DNA of 61,873 nt, filler included, from Candidatus Limnocylindrales bacterium (GCA_035559535.1; 4 parts of 3 records of this genome joined end to end with filler, not necessarily neighbours in it), one strand, 5' to 3'; shown: positions 31,169 to 42,049, counted from the whole stretch's first letter. Program-made: numbers and translations. Notes: generated by a model from the letters alone, not told the origin.

Positions 31169-31304
31169 TTATACCTTAAAGAAAGAATAATCATCACAGC
31201 CTTTAATACAGAATAAAGGATGCGCAGGAACACGTAGAATGTAAGATGAGTCCAAACACTATCTTAACGTTTTACGTTTTATATTTTGCGCCTTTAGGAT
31301 AGCG

Positions 31305-31444
31305 ATGAGCAAAGCGAAATTTGAGCGGACGAAGCCGCACGTGAATATAGGGACCATTGGGCACGTAGACCACGGCAAGACGACCTTAACCAGTGCGATT
31401 ACCAAGGTATTGGCCTTACAGGGATTGGCCCAGGCGAAGAACTA
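31305..31444 (+). CDS. tuf: Elongation factor Tu, N-terminal fragment cut by the gap
   Basis: [29 protein letters not shown]. Confidence 0.97.
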
Positions 31445-31544
31445 NNNNNNNNNNNNNNNNNNNNNNNNNNNNNNNNNNNNNNNNNNNNTTAATTAATTAA
31501 NNNNNNNNNNNNNNNNNNNNNNNNNNNNNNNNNNNNNNNNNNNN
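31445..31544. other. Artificial contig linker
   Basis: N-run/TTAATTAATTAA/N-run. Confidence 0.97.
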
Positions 31545-34145
31545 AGGAAAGGCTTGCTCGTTGCGATAAACATTGGCTTCTTGTTGGTAGACCAGGGTGA
31601 AGAAGGGAGCCGGTGGGGGGGTCCAGGGGGCCGTGACCAGATATTTGAGGTTAAGAAAGCTGAAGAATCGGTTCTCTACGTTGGGAACGTTATAACCTTC
31701 GAAATAACCAACATAGGGGCGGATGAGCTTCAAAGAAAAGTCAATATACCGGGCATTGAACAAGGCATTCAGGGAACCAATGTCATCCAGACCATAACCA
31801 CTGGCCGTATTGGGATAGAAAAAGCCGTCCAATCCATAAATTCGGAAAACCCCCGGATCTTGTTGAATAAATTTTATATACGGTGCGGGATCTGTAAAGA
31901 GGGATAAATCAGATCTTTTATAATGGGCTTTAGGGAGCCAGATGAAAAGTTCTATGATTAAAAGAAGTCCCAGAAATGTAGCGAGGATTTTATGGGAGGG
32001 CAGAGAACCGAGGGTAGGGAATTTTAATCGATGGGCAAAAAGCCGGGATAGAGGATCGGCCGACCATTTTCTACCCAGCAACCCGGTTCCCACTGTCGCA
32101 AGCAGGCAGAGGATGACAGGTGGAAGAATCTGTCGAACGGCATAGTCCCCTTTATGCTGTTTGAGCAGATCAGGATAATAAAGTCCTAATAACAAGGCTA
32201 AAGAGGCAAGTCCTAAGAGAATCGAGAGGGTCAGATATCGGGTCCGAATACGGCCATCTATAAGTTGTTGCAAAAACAAGCCTGCCAAAGCCGCTGTGGA
32301 AAACATAAACTCGCCAGGAAAATATCGGGTAAAAAAGCTGACCCGAAAGGCCGGGAGGTTACCGATAAAATTATTAAAGGTCGTGGAGAGGTTATATCCT
32401 TTGACGAGGAAAAAGATGACCATTGTTGTGAAGAAAAGGGCCTTTCCCCGGAAAGCAAATCCTTGAAGAAATAAAGTGGCGACCATGATGGCTACGACCA
32501 TTCCCATATATCCCGGTAAATATTGCCAGTTTGCCCCATCCCAGGCGTCATTGATCGGTCCCCAGAAGTAAGGCACCCATAAGTCGAAGATATGGGAAAG
32601 GGGAGCTCCAAGAAGTCCCACACGATACTTGGCTTCATGGAGACCCACATTACCTATTTTTACAAATTCCAAAAAGGGGAGAAGCATAATAGAAGAGAGG
32701 AGAAAGCCAAGGAGGATGGCTACTGTAAACCAGGTACAGGAAACCAGGAATGAAAATCCTGGACTCTCTACCTTTGATTTCCGGCTTCTGATTTCTTGAA
32801 TAATCCGGAACAGGTAATACATTGAACCGTAAAACAGGGCGAAAAAGGTGGACTCTGGATGCCCTCCCAGGATGATAAGTCCGACCAGAATGGCCACTAA
32901 AAGCAGGTTTTTTAACCTAAGGGTCTGCAGCAATCGCTCCGATACGTATAAAAGACCCGGTAAAAGGACGACGGCATTGATATAAACCATATTGAGGTTA
33001 AGGATGAGATGCCCACAGAGCATAAAGGCCGATGCGCCGAAGAAGGCCGGGAGCTTTTGGAGGTTAAGGAATTTACGAAAGAAAGCATAAGACAGAACAC
33101 CCGCAGAGAGAATTCGGAGGATCATAAAGGCATCCCAGGTTTTAGCGGTGGGATTTAGAAAGAGAGGTAAGTGAAAGGGAAAGAACACCCCGGTATGCAT
33201 ATCTGCATTTAAAGGAGATCCTGTGGCAGAATGGGGATTCCAAAGGGGAATCCAGCCGCTTTTATAGGTTTGAGAAGCCACTTTAATAAAAGGTTCATGT
33301 TGAAGGGCCGAGGCGGCCGGGTCGATCACATGATGGGGCTTAAGGGCTGTTCCACCGGTGAGCAGACTGTAATCCAGGAAGACGACATCGTAAAAAAACA
33401 AAATCAGCAGAAAACCCAATAGCAGCGTTATCCCTCCCAACTCATAAAGAAAAGAACGGGCCAGGGTCTGGTGATAACTCTTTACAAATCGGGAAATCCA
33501 TTTAAATGGATAAAGCCAGAATAAATATGCGGCCGTTCCCAGCCAGATAAATTTGATCAGGGTGACAAGCTGTGTGGCTATTCGATTGAGTTTATAATTC
33601 CGGTAGGTAACAGGTTGAGGGGTTAGAACATAGGAGGGTAAGCTTTCTAGAGGTTGATCCTGCCGGGCCCAAAAAAGGTCCATCCGATAATGGCCTCCGG
33701 CCTGAAAGTATCGAATTCGAATGGGATAAATTCCGGCCTCCAGATAGATCTGACCCCTCACCTCTTCCAACCCGTGTTCACCACCGTTATCGACCACACG
33801 TTGGTCGTTGATAAACAAATCAGAGCCATCGTCGGAAGCCGTAGCAAAGGTATACAACCCGGGTCTCTCTATGGCAATAAATCCTTTCCATAGAATACTA
33901 AATCGATTTTCTGAGAACCGACTTCGTCGCTCTTTTAACTGCTCCGTCGAGATCTCCGGATCTAAGACCTCAAATTGGGGAGTTCCCTGCCACCTTGGAT
34001 TAGCATAGTACTTCCCTTCCAGTCCATAAGGAATCCTAAACCGCCTCTCTAACCCATAAGCTCCAAGGGAGATAAGAATTAAACAAAGCAGATAGAACCC
34101 CAGTTCCTTTTTGGAGGGGAGAATTTTTAAAATCTTAACCTGCAT
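31545..34145 (-). CDS. PA14-domain YfhO-like (GT-C) membrane glycosyltransferase, 3'-truncated
   Basis: N-terminal PA14 (YTFATASDDGS, DNGGEHG), PLWNPH..TG.PL.AD, GGHPE, many TM helices. Confidence 0.8.
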
Positions 34146-34188
34146 ATTTGCTTACGAGTAGAAGTAATCCTTATCCCACCGGCTAATG

Positions 34189-37100
34189 CTATTCTAAGGA
34201 GGAAGTGTTGGTTTGCCTTACAAAACCAGCGATGAGGGTGGCTATCACCGATCCTAATCCTGTAAGGGTCATCCACGCACCTATTTTATAGGAAGCAGGT
34301 AGGTAACGAAACTCTACCCGGTGATCTCCCTTTTCCAGAAAGACCGCACGGAGAAAATAATCGGCCAGATAGATTTTTCTCTCCTGGCCATTTACATAAG
34401 CCTTCCAACCTGGGTAATAAGGGTCTGCCAGTACCAAAAATCCGGGTTGATCGAGTCGAGTTTTTAGGGTAATTCGCGTCGACTCGTATTGAAGAATCTC
34501 TACTGAGTCTTTAGCCTGTGAAGCGGGGAGGGTAAGCCTATTTTCTTGCCCCTCACCCCCTAGTTCCCCCTCTCCTGAAGCTTCAGGAGAGGGGGACAGG
34601 AGGTGAGGGGGTTCTTCTTCTAAAATAACCGTAGAGCGAAGATCAAAGCTGTCATCGGCCAGTCGATCCAGGATTTTTTCCTTATCCGGGAGGACCTGGG
34701 TTCGATGGGCGACAAAGGCCCGTGGAAAGGCGTTATTATTCTTGTAAATTTTGACCTCTCCCTCATAAATCTTGGTAAAGGAAGCATGGGAACTCAAGGA
34801 GTAGGTAGCAAATCCCAGGTCTCCTGGAATTGGCTTCCCATCCACATAGGCCTGCCCATCGGGATAGATATCCCGTTCGTTGACCCAGATGGTAGGAACC
34901 TGACCCGATAGTCCTGTTGATCCGGATACTTCAAAGTAAAAAGAACGTCCTTTGGAATTGGCAATGGGAGGGAAAGTAATCCAATAATAAGCCCCCCGGA
35001 TCTGACTCATATCCATGGGGATTCTGTAAAGGTCTGTGGAAGCTTCCGGCGTTTCTTTAAGCTTAAAAACGGCTTCTCCCTGAAAGGTCTGGGGGAATCG
35101 AGAAAGAAAGATACGGATTGCGGTTAAACGATCTTCCCGGGCTGTGAAAGTTTGCCCAAAGGATCGACCTGGCGTCAATTCCCCACGACCGGTTAAGCCA
35201 AAAGTATAGGCATTGGAGAAGCTATCCAGATGATACTTAGGATCTTCTCCATCTGGAGCCGTGATGACATAGGTGAGATTGAGCAGGTCCCAGGTCCGAC
35301 TCCCCAAATTCCGTGTTCCACCGTAAGGACTATATCCCGTAAAAAACCATCTGGATAAATTTTTATCGATCAGGCGCTCTGAAAACTCCTGGAACCGATG
35401 AATGACGAGTCCATTCACATAGCCGATATCGTTTAACTCATAGGCACTGGCTGTATTGGGATACAAATATCCGTCCAGACCATAAACCCGGAAAATGCCG
35501 GGATCGTTTTTGAGGAATCGGATATAGGGGGCTTCGACAAAGGGGTCGTATCGGTCATAATGGGTACGTGGTATCCACCAGAACAGTTCGATCCCCAGAC
35601 CCAGGCAAAGCAACCCGGCCAGACTTCGCGGGGATAAAACACCCTTAAAGCTCAACCAGCCTGCGATTCCAAGCAGGAGGCAGAGGATGGCCGGGGGAAT
35701 AACCTGCCAGAAGGCTTTTAAAGGAAAGTTGAAAAAAGTTAATTGAAAATGACCTGCTAAAAAAAAGGCCATAGATCCCAGTCCGACTACCGCCAGAAAA
35801 GCTAACCCGGCCAGCAATTTAGCGGAACTCTTCCCCTGCTCCATCCGATAAATCTGGAATCCGGCCAGAGCGGCTATGGAAAATAGAAATTCCGGAGCAA
35901 AGTATCGGGTAAAGTAGCTCACCTTAAAAAAGGGAAGATTTCCTACCATCTGGCTAAAAACAGGCGGAATGCCATAACCCTTCAAGATAAAAAACAGGGC
36001 CATCCCTGTGAAAAAGACCTGCCGCTTTGTAAAGGCAGTTTTTTCTAAAACGGCCATTAAGACCAACAGCAGGCCCATGATCCCTGCATAACCCGGCTGC
36101 ATCTGCCAGTCTATTTCCCGAATAGAATCGTTGACAGGACCCCAAAAGTAAGGGATAACCAGTAAAACCATATCCCGTAAAGGCAGGTGGGTGGTTCCGA
36201 TCTTAAACCCGGGATCATGGGGACCCAGGGGGGATAGCTTTACCAGCTCCAAAAATGGTAGAACCATGATGGCGGAAAGAACCAAGCCAAAGGCTACAGC
36301 GGCTACCCAGTAGAGGAGGGGGAGGAGGAAAGAGCAAAATGACAGGAGAAGGGAAGGGGTCCCGTTTTCCCTTCTGCCCATTTTTCCACTTACCCCTATT
36401 TCCATCCGCCCCTTTTCCCACCATCGGACCAGATAATAAACCGAAGCGTAGAACAGGGCGAAAAAGCTGGGCTCAGGGTGTCCACCCAGAATCAACAACC
36501 CAATCATCAAACCGGTAAAGCAGAGATTCCACCAGTTTCTCTGGCAGGCAAGCCTCTCTGTGAAATACAGAAGGCCTGGGAGAAGCATCGCTGCATGGAT
36601 GAAGACAATGTTGATCTGCCAGATGAGGTGCCCACAAAACATATACCCGATGGCTCCGGCCAGAGAGCTTAACGGACTAAGCTCCAAAGACTTTCGGAAG
36701 AAGAAGTAACTTAAAAGACCGGCGATGAAAATCCGTAAGAGCATGAATAAATCCCACATCCAGGCCCTGGGGTCCCAGTACAGGAGAAAACTCAAAGGAA
36801 AGAAAACCGCCGAGATCATATCGGCATTGAGAGGGATTCCGGTGGCCGCATGGGGATTCCAAAGGGGAATAATTCCCTTTTTATAGAGCAACGAAGTTAA
36901 CCGGGTACTCGGTTCGTGGATTTGGGCAGAGGCCGCCGGATCGATAACATGGATGGCAGAAGGTTGATGGCCTTTATAATTATAGGCCCCTACATTCATG
37001 GTCCCTGGAACCGAGTTGGTGGTCATCAAGGTTTTACCCTGAAAGACTATATCATAAAAGAACAGGAGAATCAAGAAGGTCAGTATGAGAATAACCAGAA

Positions 37101-37800
37101 CGATTTCATAAAGAAAAGGATAGCCCCCTATGCCGGAGGAGGGTTTAAGATTTTTGATCCTTCGATACAGATAGATCCCTGCGAAATAAAGGAGTGTTCC
37201 CCACCAGATTCCTCTCAGCAGAATTCCCAGTTGGCCTAATCTTTGGCTTAGTTGATACTCGGAATAGGTTATGGCCCGGGGGGATAACACCCGAGAGGGA
37301 AGATTTTCTAAGGGCCGGGCTCCCAGCGCCCAGGAAAGATCCATGCGGTAATACCCTCCCCCCTGAAAATATCGGACCTGGATGGGATAAACTCCTGCCT
37401 GCAGGTCAATCTGGCCTTTGACCTCCATCAATCCATGAAAACCCCCGTTGTCCACCACCAACTGATTATTTATATAAAGCCAGGAACCGTCATCTGAAGC
37501 GGTTGCGAAGGTATACTTTCCGGGCTTTTCTATAACCACAAACCCATTCCATTCCACACTGAATCGATTTTCTGAGAATTTCTTCCGTCGCTCCTTCAAA
37601 AGTTCAGTGGAAATTTCCGGATCCAGGGTGATAAATTTGGGACTCCCCTGCCAGTTCAAGTTTGCATAGTACTTTCCTTCTAATCCATGGGGAAGAGACC
37701 CTCGTTGTTCTAACAGATAACTTCCAACGGAGATAAAGAATAAGCCCACAAGATAGAGAATCTCAGGTTTTTTTAACAATACCTTTAACTGTAAGTGCAT
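34189..37800 (-). CDS. PA14-domain YfhO-like (GT-C) membrane glycosyltransferase
   Basis: PA14 domain, PLWNPH, GGHPE, C-terminal YfhO motifs (FPRAF, LADPYYPGWKAYVNG, G.HRVEF.Y.P). Confidence 0.85.
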   Translation of the reverse strand: MHLQLKVLLKKPEILYLVGLFFISVGSYLLEQRGSLPHGLEGKYYANLNWQGSPKFITLDPEISTELLKERRKKFSENRFSVEWNGFVVIEKPGKYTFATASDDGSWLYINNQLVVDNGGFHGLMEVKGQIDLQAGVYPIQVRYFQGGGYYRMDLSWALGARPLENLPSRVLSPRAITYSEYQLSQRLGQLGILLRGIWWGTLLYFAGIYLYRRIKNLKPSSGIGGYPFLYEIVLVILILTFLILLFFYDIVFQGKTLMTTNSVPGTMNVGAYNYKGHQPSAIHVIDPAASAQIHEPSTRLTSLLYKKGIIPLWNPHAATGIPLNADMISAVFFPLSFLLYWDPRAWMWDLFMLLRIFIAGLLSYFFFRKSLELSPLSSLAGAIGYMFCGHLIWQINIVFIHAAMLLPGLLYFTERLACQRNWWNLCFTGLMIGLLILGGHPEPSFFALFYASVYYLVRWWEKGRMEIGVSGKMGRRENGTPSLLLSFCSFLLPLLYWVAAVAFGLVLSAIMVLPFLELVKLSPLGPHDPGFKIGTTHLPLRDMVLLVIPYFWGPVNDSIREIDWQMQPGYAGIMGLLLVLMAVLEKTAFTKRQVFFTGMALFFILKGYGIPPVFSQMVGNLPFFKVSYFTRYFAPEFLFSIAALAGFQIYRMEQGKSSAKLLAGLAFLAVVGLGSMAFFLAGHFQLTFFNFPLKAFWQVIPPAILCLLLGIAGWLSFKGVLSPRSLAGLLCLGLGIELFWWIPRTHYDRYDPFVEAPYIRFLKNDPGIFRVYGLDGYLYPNTASAYELNDIGYVNGLVIHRFQEFSERLIDKNLSRWFFTGYSPYGGTRNLGSRTWDLLNLTYVITAPDGEDPKYHLDSFSNAYTFGLTGRGELTPGRSFGQTFTAREDRLTAIRIFLSRFPQTFQGEAVFKLKETPEASTDLYRIPMDMSQIRGAYYWITFPPIANSKGRSFYFEVSGSTGLSGQVPTIWVNERDIYPDGQAYVDGKPIPGDLGFATYSLSSHASFTKIYEGEVKIYKNNNAFPRAFVAHRTQVLPDKEKILDRLADDSFDLRSTVILEEEPPHLLSPSPEASGEGELGGEGQENRLTLPASQAKDSVEILQYESTRITLKTRLDQPGFLVLADPYYPGWKAYVNGQERKIYLADYFLRAVFLEKGDHRVEFRYLPASYKIGAWMTLTGLGSVIATLIAGFVRQTNTSSLE
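34549..34610. repeat. CCCCTCTCC...GGAGAGGGG-type palindromic element inside a CDS
   Basis: Perfect 32-bp palindrome at 34565-34596 flanked by CCCCTCACC/GGTGAGGGG. Confidence 0.8.
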
Positions 37801-38618
37801 GGAAATTCAAATTGAGAAACGATCCGACGATACTTTTCAGCCTCCTCGGTTTTACCTCGCTTGATACAGCCCTGAATCAGGATACTGCATTTTTTTCTAA
37901 GCTCACCCAAAACCAGATCCCGTTGAGATTCGGTTAAGTTTCCCTCTTTTAGAAGTTTTTCCAATGCCTGAACCCGGAACCGATCATTTCCCCAATATCG
38001 ATGGGAGAGTTGATCCGGGTGCCCTCCTCTTTTAATAATTAAAGGTCTTGGTATGAAATGAATGGGATAATCCTTAGTTATTCGTAACCATAGATCGTAA
38101 TCCTCACAGACGGGTAAGGATTCATCAAACCCGCCAACCTGCTGGAGAAGTTCTCGTCTGATCAGGATGGAAGAAGGGCTGATAATGCAGAGAGGCAGGC
38201 ATTTATCGAAGATCCATCCCGAGTACTTCTGATGTTTCTTCATGGGGTTAACCCGTTTTCCCCCACGAATCCATATTTCATCTGTATAGCAAGCCGGAAT
38301 CTCAGGGTTTGCTTCCATCCAGGCCACCTGAATTTGAAGCTTGTGTCGGGTCCAGAGATCATCGGAATCCAGAAAAGCAATATACTCTCCCCGCGCGATC
38401 TGGATTCCTTTATTTCGAGCAGCACTCACTCCCCGGTTTTCCTGGTAAAGGTAGGTGAGCCCCCGATAGTCTTGAAGAATTTCCCGGGTAGAATCGGTCG
38501 AGCCGTCATCGACTACGATCAGCTCGAAATCTCGATAACTTTGACTTAACACGGAATCTATGGCTTCTTTAAGAAAGGTTGCCCGGTTAAATGTCGGGAT
38601 GATTACACTGACCCTCAT
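37785..38618 (-). CDS. Glycosyltransferase family 2
   Basis: VSVIIPTFNR, VVDDGSTD, AFLDSDD, CEDYDLWLR. Confidence 0.95.
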   Translation of the reverse strand: MRVSVIIPTFNRATFLKEAIDSVLSQSYRDFELIVVDDGSTDSTREILQDYRGLTYLYQENRGVSAARNKGIQIARGEYIAFLDSDDLWTRHKLQIQVAWMEANPEIPACYTDEIWIRGGKRVNPMKKHQKYSGWIFDKCLPLCIISPSSILIRRELLQQVGGFDESLPVCEDYDLWLRITKDYPIHFIPRPLIIKRGGHPDQLSHRYWGNDRFRVQALEKLLKEGNLTESQRDLVLGELRKKCSILIQGCIKRGKTEEAEKYRRIVSQFEFPCTYS

Positions 38619-38937
38619 CCTGAAAAAGGTATATCCAAAATTGGACTTAGAATCAACTTAAATTTTAGGGTTTCTGGAAATTTTTATCTTTCCAAGGGGC
38701 AGGGATATATTGTACTCTTTTTCTCTTGACAGATAAGATGGGCTAAACTAGAGTTTATAGCAATAAAAGGAAAATAAAAATTCAATAAAAGTCGAAATTG
38801 AAACAGGAGGGCCTGTCTTCCCAAAGGGAACGGGTTTTCCACATGGAGTGAACAGGTCTTGAAGGCTTTAAAAACTTTAAGGGTTGTGGTTAAGACCCGA
38901 CCTGAGAAAGGCCGATATGGATAGGCTTTAAAACCTT

Positions 38938-40638
38938 ATGAGTATTCAGGTTCATCAAGTAAAAGGGGACATTATCGAATTAATTTTTAACCCTCGGGAA
39001 GATGATCTTCGGGTAGGAGAGAACCTTTGCATTTTGGAACGGGGAGGACATCGAGGTATTATTGTACAGATCATCGAATTTCGGATGGTTACCTATCCTT
39101 CCCTTATTCAGGAACAGATTCGGCTGGTACTGGAAGATACCGATACGCTGTCGCCAGAGCTTTTACATTCTCTGGCCGAGGCCTCTTCTTTGGAATTGGC
39201 GGCGATGAAGAATTTAAATATCGCAGTGGCTAAAATCCGAAAATTGGCAGGTACTCCCTGGGATCGATGGGATGGTTGGATTCCTACCCGGGATGTAGAA
39301 ATAAGTCGGGTAAATGACCAGGAACTTTTCGCAAACTGCATCTCCAATCAAGGCAATCTTCTCCGTATCGGTCAAACACTCTACGGAGAGCCTTTCTACA
39401 TCGAAGGCCAGGATCTGGAAAAAGTGAATATCATCACGGGTGTTAAAGGCTCCGGTAAGTCTTATCTGTCTAAGGTTTTGCTTCTTCAACTCATTGAGCA
39501 GGGGGCTCCTTGTGTGGTCTTCGACATCAACAAGGAATACATTCACCTTCCCCGGCACGAGGTAGATCCGGTTACGGGACAGGTTTTGAGGCGAGGAATT
39601 ATCCATTTGAAAGCCGGAGGCAACCTTAAACTCGGCATTCGTCAGTTCGGTTTATCCCCTCTGTTGACGATGCTGACAAAATTTGGTCTGCCGGAGGTAT
39701 CGGCCATGTATCTGGAAAACAGAGTTTTTACCATCCTGGAAGAAGCCAAGCAAATGGAAGCAGCCGGAAGAAAACCCCCTTTTTTGAGTATTCGTCACCT
39801 GATTCAAATGGCCGAGGCCGGAGAATTCTCTACCAGTGAAGTGGTAAACGGAGCCATTCGGAGCCGATTGGAATCGGCTCGAAATACCGGTGTGTTTGCC
39901 TCAACTGAGAAAGAAGCTATCTCCCTTCGGCAACAATACCAGGCCATTCGAGAAGGTGGGGCTTTAATTATTGATGTTTCGGATTTGACAAATCTCGCCC
40001 GATTCGGGTTTGTCCAGGCAATTATCGATATGATCAAAGATATCTGCGAAGAAGAAATTGCCTTGGGTACGGAACGATTTCCCTTTGTTTTCTTTGAAGA
40101 AGCTCATCTTTATATCAGTAAAAACACCATCGGATATATTGTAACCCGTTCTCGCCATCTGGGAATCACCAGCTTTTTCGTCACCAACATGATTGCCGGG
40201 CTGGATGAATCGGTTCTCCGCCAGGCCGATAACCTCTTTCTCCTTTATCTTCCCTTTGACGACGATGTTAAACACATCAGTAAGAGTGCCATGACCGATA
40301 AAGAAACCATGGCCTCCTTTGTCCGTCGGCTCCGAAGCCATCATTGTTTGGCTCTGGGAAACGTTACCAGTCAGTATCCTGTTATTTTTAAAGTTCAGTA
40401 TCTGGAAGGAATTCATACGGCGGGGGAAACCAAATATTTCTTCAAGCCAAGAGAGCCAAGAGAAGGAAGACCTCCTTTAAAGAAACCTCAACCCCAACTA
40501 CCTCTGACGATTCCGTTGGGAAGCAGGGAAACCCAATCCAGATCCCGTTTAAAAATCCAGGAGCCAGGACCTAAGGGGAGAGAAGAGTTTCATGATCCTG
40601 GGAAAGAGACGACGCAGCAGGCCACCCTGTTCGAGTAA
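38938..40638 (+). CDS. HerA/FtsK-superfamily ATPase (DUF87-like)
   Basis: Walker A GVKGSGKS, VFDINKEY, Walker B FFEEAH, RSRHLG arginine finger, N-terminal HAS-barrel-like segment. Confidence 0.85.
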   Translation: MSIQVHQVKGDIIELIFNPREDDLRVGENLCILERGGHRGIIVQIIEFRMVTYPSLIQEQIRLVLEDTDTLSPELLHSLAEASSLELAAMKNLNIAVAKIRKLAGTPWDRWDGWIPTRDVEISRVNDQELFANCISNQGNLLRIGQTLYGEPFYIEGQDLEKVNIITGVKGSGKSYLSKVLLLQLIEQGAPCVVFDINKEYIHLPRHEVDPVTGQVLRRGIIHLKAGGNLKLGIRQFGLSPLLTMLTKFGLPEVSAMYLENRVFTILEEAKQMEAAGRKPPFLSIRHLIQMAEAGEFSTSEVVNGAIRSRLESARNTGVFASTEKEAISLRQQYQAIREGGALIIDVSDLTNLARFGFVQAIIDMIKDICEEEIALGTERFPFVFFEEAHLYISKNTIGYIVTRSRHLGITSFFVTNMIAGLDESVLRQADNLFLLYLPFDDDVKHISKSAMTDKETMASFVRRLRSHHCLALGNVTSQYPVIFKVQYLEGIHTAGETKYFFKPREPREGRPPLKKPQPQLPLTIPLGSRETQSRSRLKIQEPGPKGREEFHDPGKETTQQATLFE

Positions 40639-40658
40639 GGTTCCGATCATCTGTTCTT

Positions 40659-41417
40659 CTACTCGGGTAACTCTCCAAAGCGCTCTCGATAACGGGCAAG
40701 TAAAACTTTCAGTTCTTCAGCTTCCCGGATAGCTGCCTCTGCTTTTTGTCTGGCCTCTTCTGCTTTTTGTCGTTCTTGCTCTGCCGCTTCTTCTGAAGTC
40801 GGTAACAACTTCCCTTCCAGGGTAGCCCATCGTAACCAACAGGCTTGAACTCCTTGATATTCTCCTTCCCACTTTGTCAACATCAATCCCAATTGTCGAC
40901 TCAACAGCCGACCTTGGGCATCCGGTTCTATGGGTTCGTATATTCCATCTCGCAAAGCAAATCCGGCCAGTTCCGTAGTAATGGGATGGTACCAAAAATA
41001 TTCGGGTACTCGCAATTGATTCTGATAAACTAATTTCTTCTCCCCTTTGTCTTTCTCGGCCGTACTATCCGATAATAACTCTATGACCACATCAGGACCT
41101 TTTCCCTCTTGCCATACTACCCAACTTTTCCGAGCCCGTCGGGTGGTACCCAGTACAATAAATATATCGGGTCCCCTAAAATCCTGATTTTTTACCTGCT
41201 CCAAACTAAAATAAACGAACATATTACCACCTACAAATACATCTGATCGGTCTTTCCAGTGGAAAAGTAAAGGAAGCCGCAACAAATCGAACTGTAAAAC
41301 ATGCTGATGGGATTCCATAGGCATTCCATCACTGTAAGGAAGCTCGTCCTCGGTCGGTGGCCATTCTATGTCGGTCGGAACGGGATGGGTTACAATTGCT
41401 TCTTCCATGGGTTTCAC
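40659..41417 (-). CDS. Uma2-family (DUF820) endonuclease-like protein
   Basis: SDG.PMES, GPD.F.V, VVIELLS.ST...D...K, VPEYFWY.P, coiled-coil tail. Confidence 0.93.
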   Translation of the reverse strand: MKPMEEAIVTHPVPTDIEWPPTEDELPYSDGMPMESHQHVLQFDLLRLPLLFHWKDRSDVFVGGNMFVYFSLEQVKNQDFRGPDIFIVLGTTRRARKSWVVWQEGKGPDVVIELLSDSTAEKDKGEKKLVYQNQLRVPEYFWYHPITTELAGFALRDGIYEPIEPDAQGRLLSRQLGLMLTKWEGEYQGVQACWLRWATLEGKLLPTSEEAAEQERQKAEEARQKAEAAIREAEELKVLLARYRERFGELPE

Positions 41418-41834
41418 CTACCTGTTTTTATTTAAACCTGCTTATCCCTCAAAAACTCCTTTTTCTTTAAAACCCTCGATTCCTATCATCATCTTATCTT
41501 TTTATTCCTGGCTGTCAATCATTTCTTCAATATAAGTATTTGGATCCCTTTCTCACCAAAATCGCCCGATGATTTTCATGTTTCAGGGTAACCCAACGGG
41601 CCATGACCGTTTAGTAGGAGTCTTTTTTCTGTCTGAACCCCCTTCATTCTCCCTCCAGGGGTAATGCCTTTAACTTAAGAACCCCCACAAACCTTTTTAG
41701 CTCTATCGGCGACGGAGCTTTACAGGAAAGGAACCAGGTAGGGTAACAGGTAGAAGAATTTCTGGTATCCACCGATTAAGAAGGTATTTTCTAGTTTAAA
41801 AAATTGAAAAATCCGTCTTCCCATAATTTCTTAT

Positions 41835-41858
41835 TGACACCCCTTTGGAAAGGTGTCA
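41835..41858. promoter_or_regulatory. Candidate operator palindrome overlapping a TTGACA hexamer
   Basis: TGACACC-N10-GGTGTCA upstream of the serine hydrolase gene. Confidence 0.3.
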
Positions 41859-42049
41859 GCATGTCCCCATCTTGTTAAAAATAAGCACCATTTAGAAAAA
41901 GAGAAACCTAAAAAAACCTCCTGTAGAACTTTATGTAAAAATTTAACTTTCTATAAAACTTTTATTTTACCTTATCTTCAGAAAAAGGTACTGGATTGAA
42001 TTAAAACTTCCGGTAATTACCCTTTTCAACCCTCTAAAGGAGGAAGTTT

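Noticed and set aside
38800-38937. TPP riboswitch, suggested by CTGAGA
   Set aside because: The other conserved TPP elements are absent and the downstream gene is unrelated
38938-41417. HerA plus Uma2 as a two-gene defence system
   Set aside because: The genes are convergent, and Uma2 paralogs are commonly scattered in genomes
41570-41609. ATTTTCATG...GGCCATGAC hairpin-like motif, with faint echoes near 26560-26790
   Set aside because: Possibly another dispersed repeat, but similarity within the window is too weak to define it
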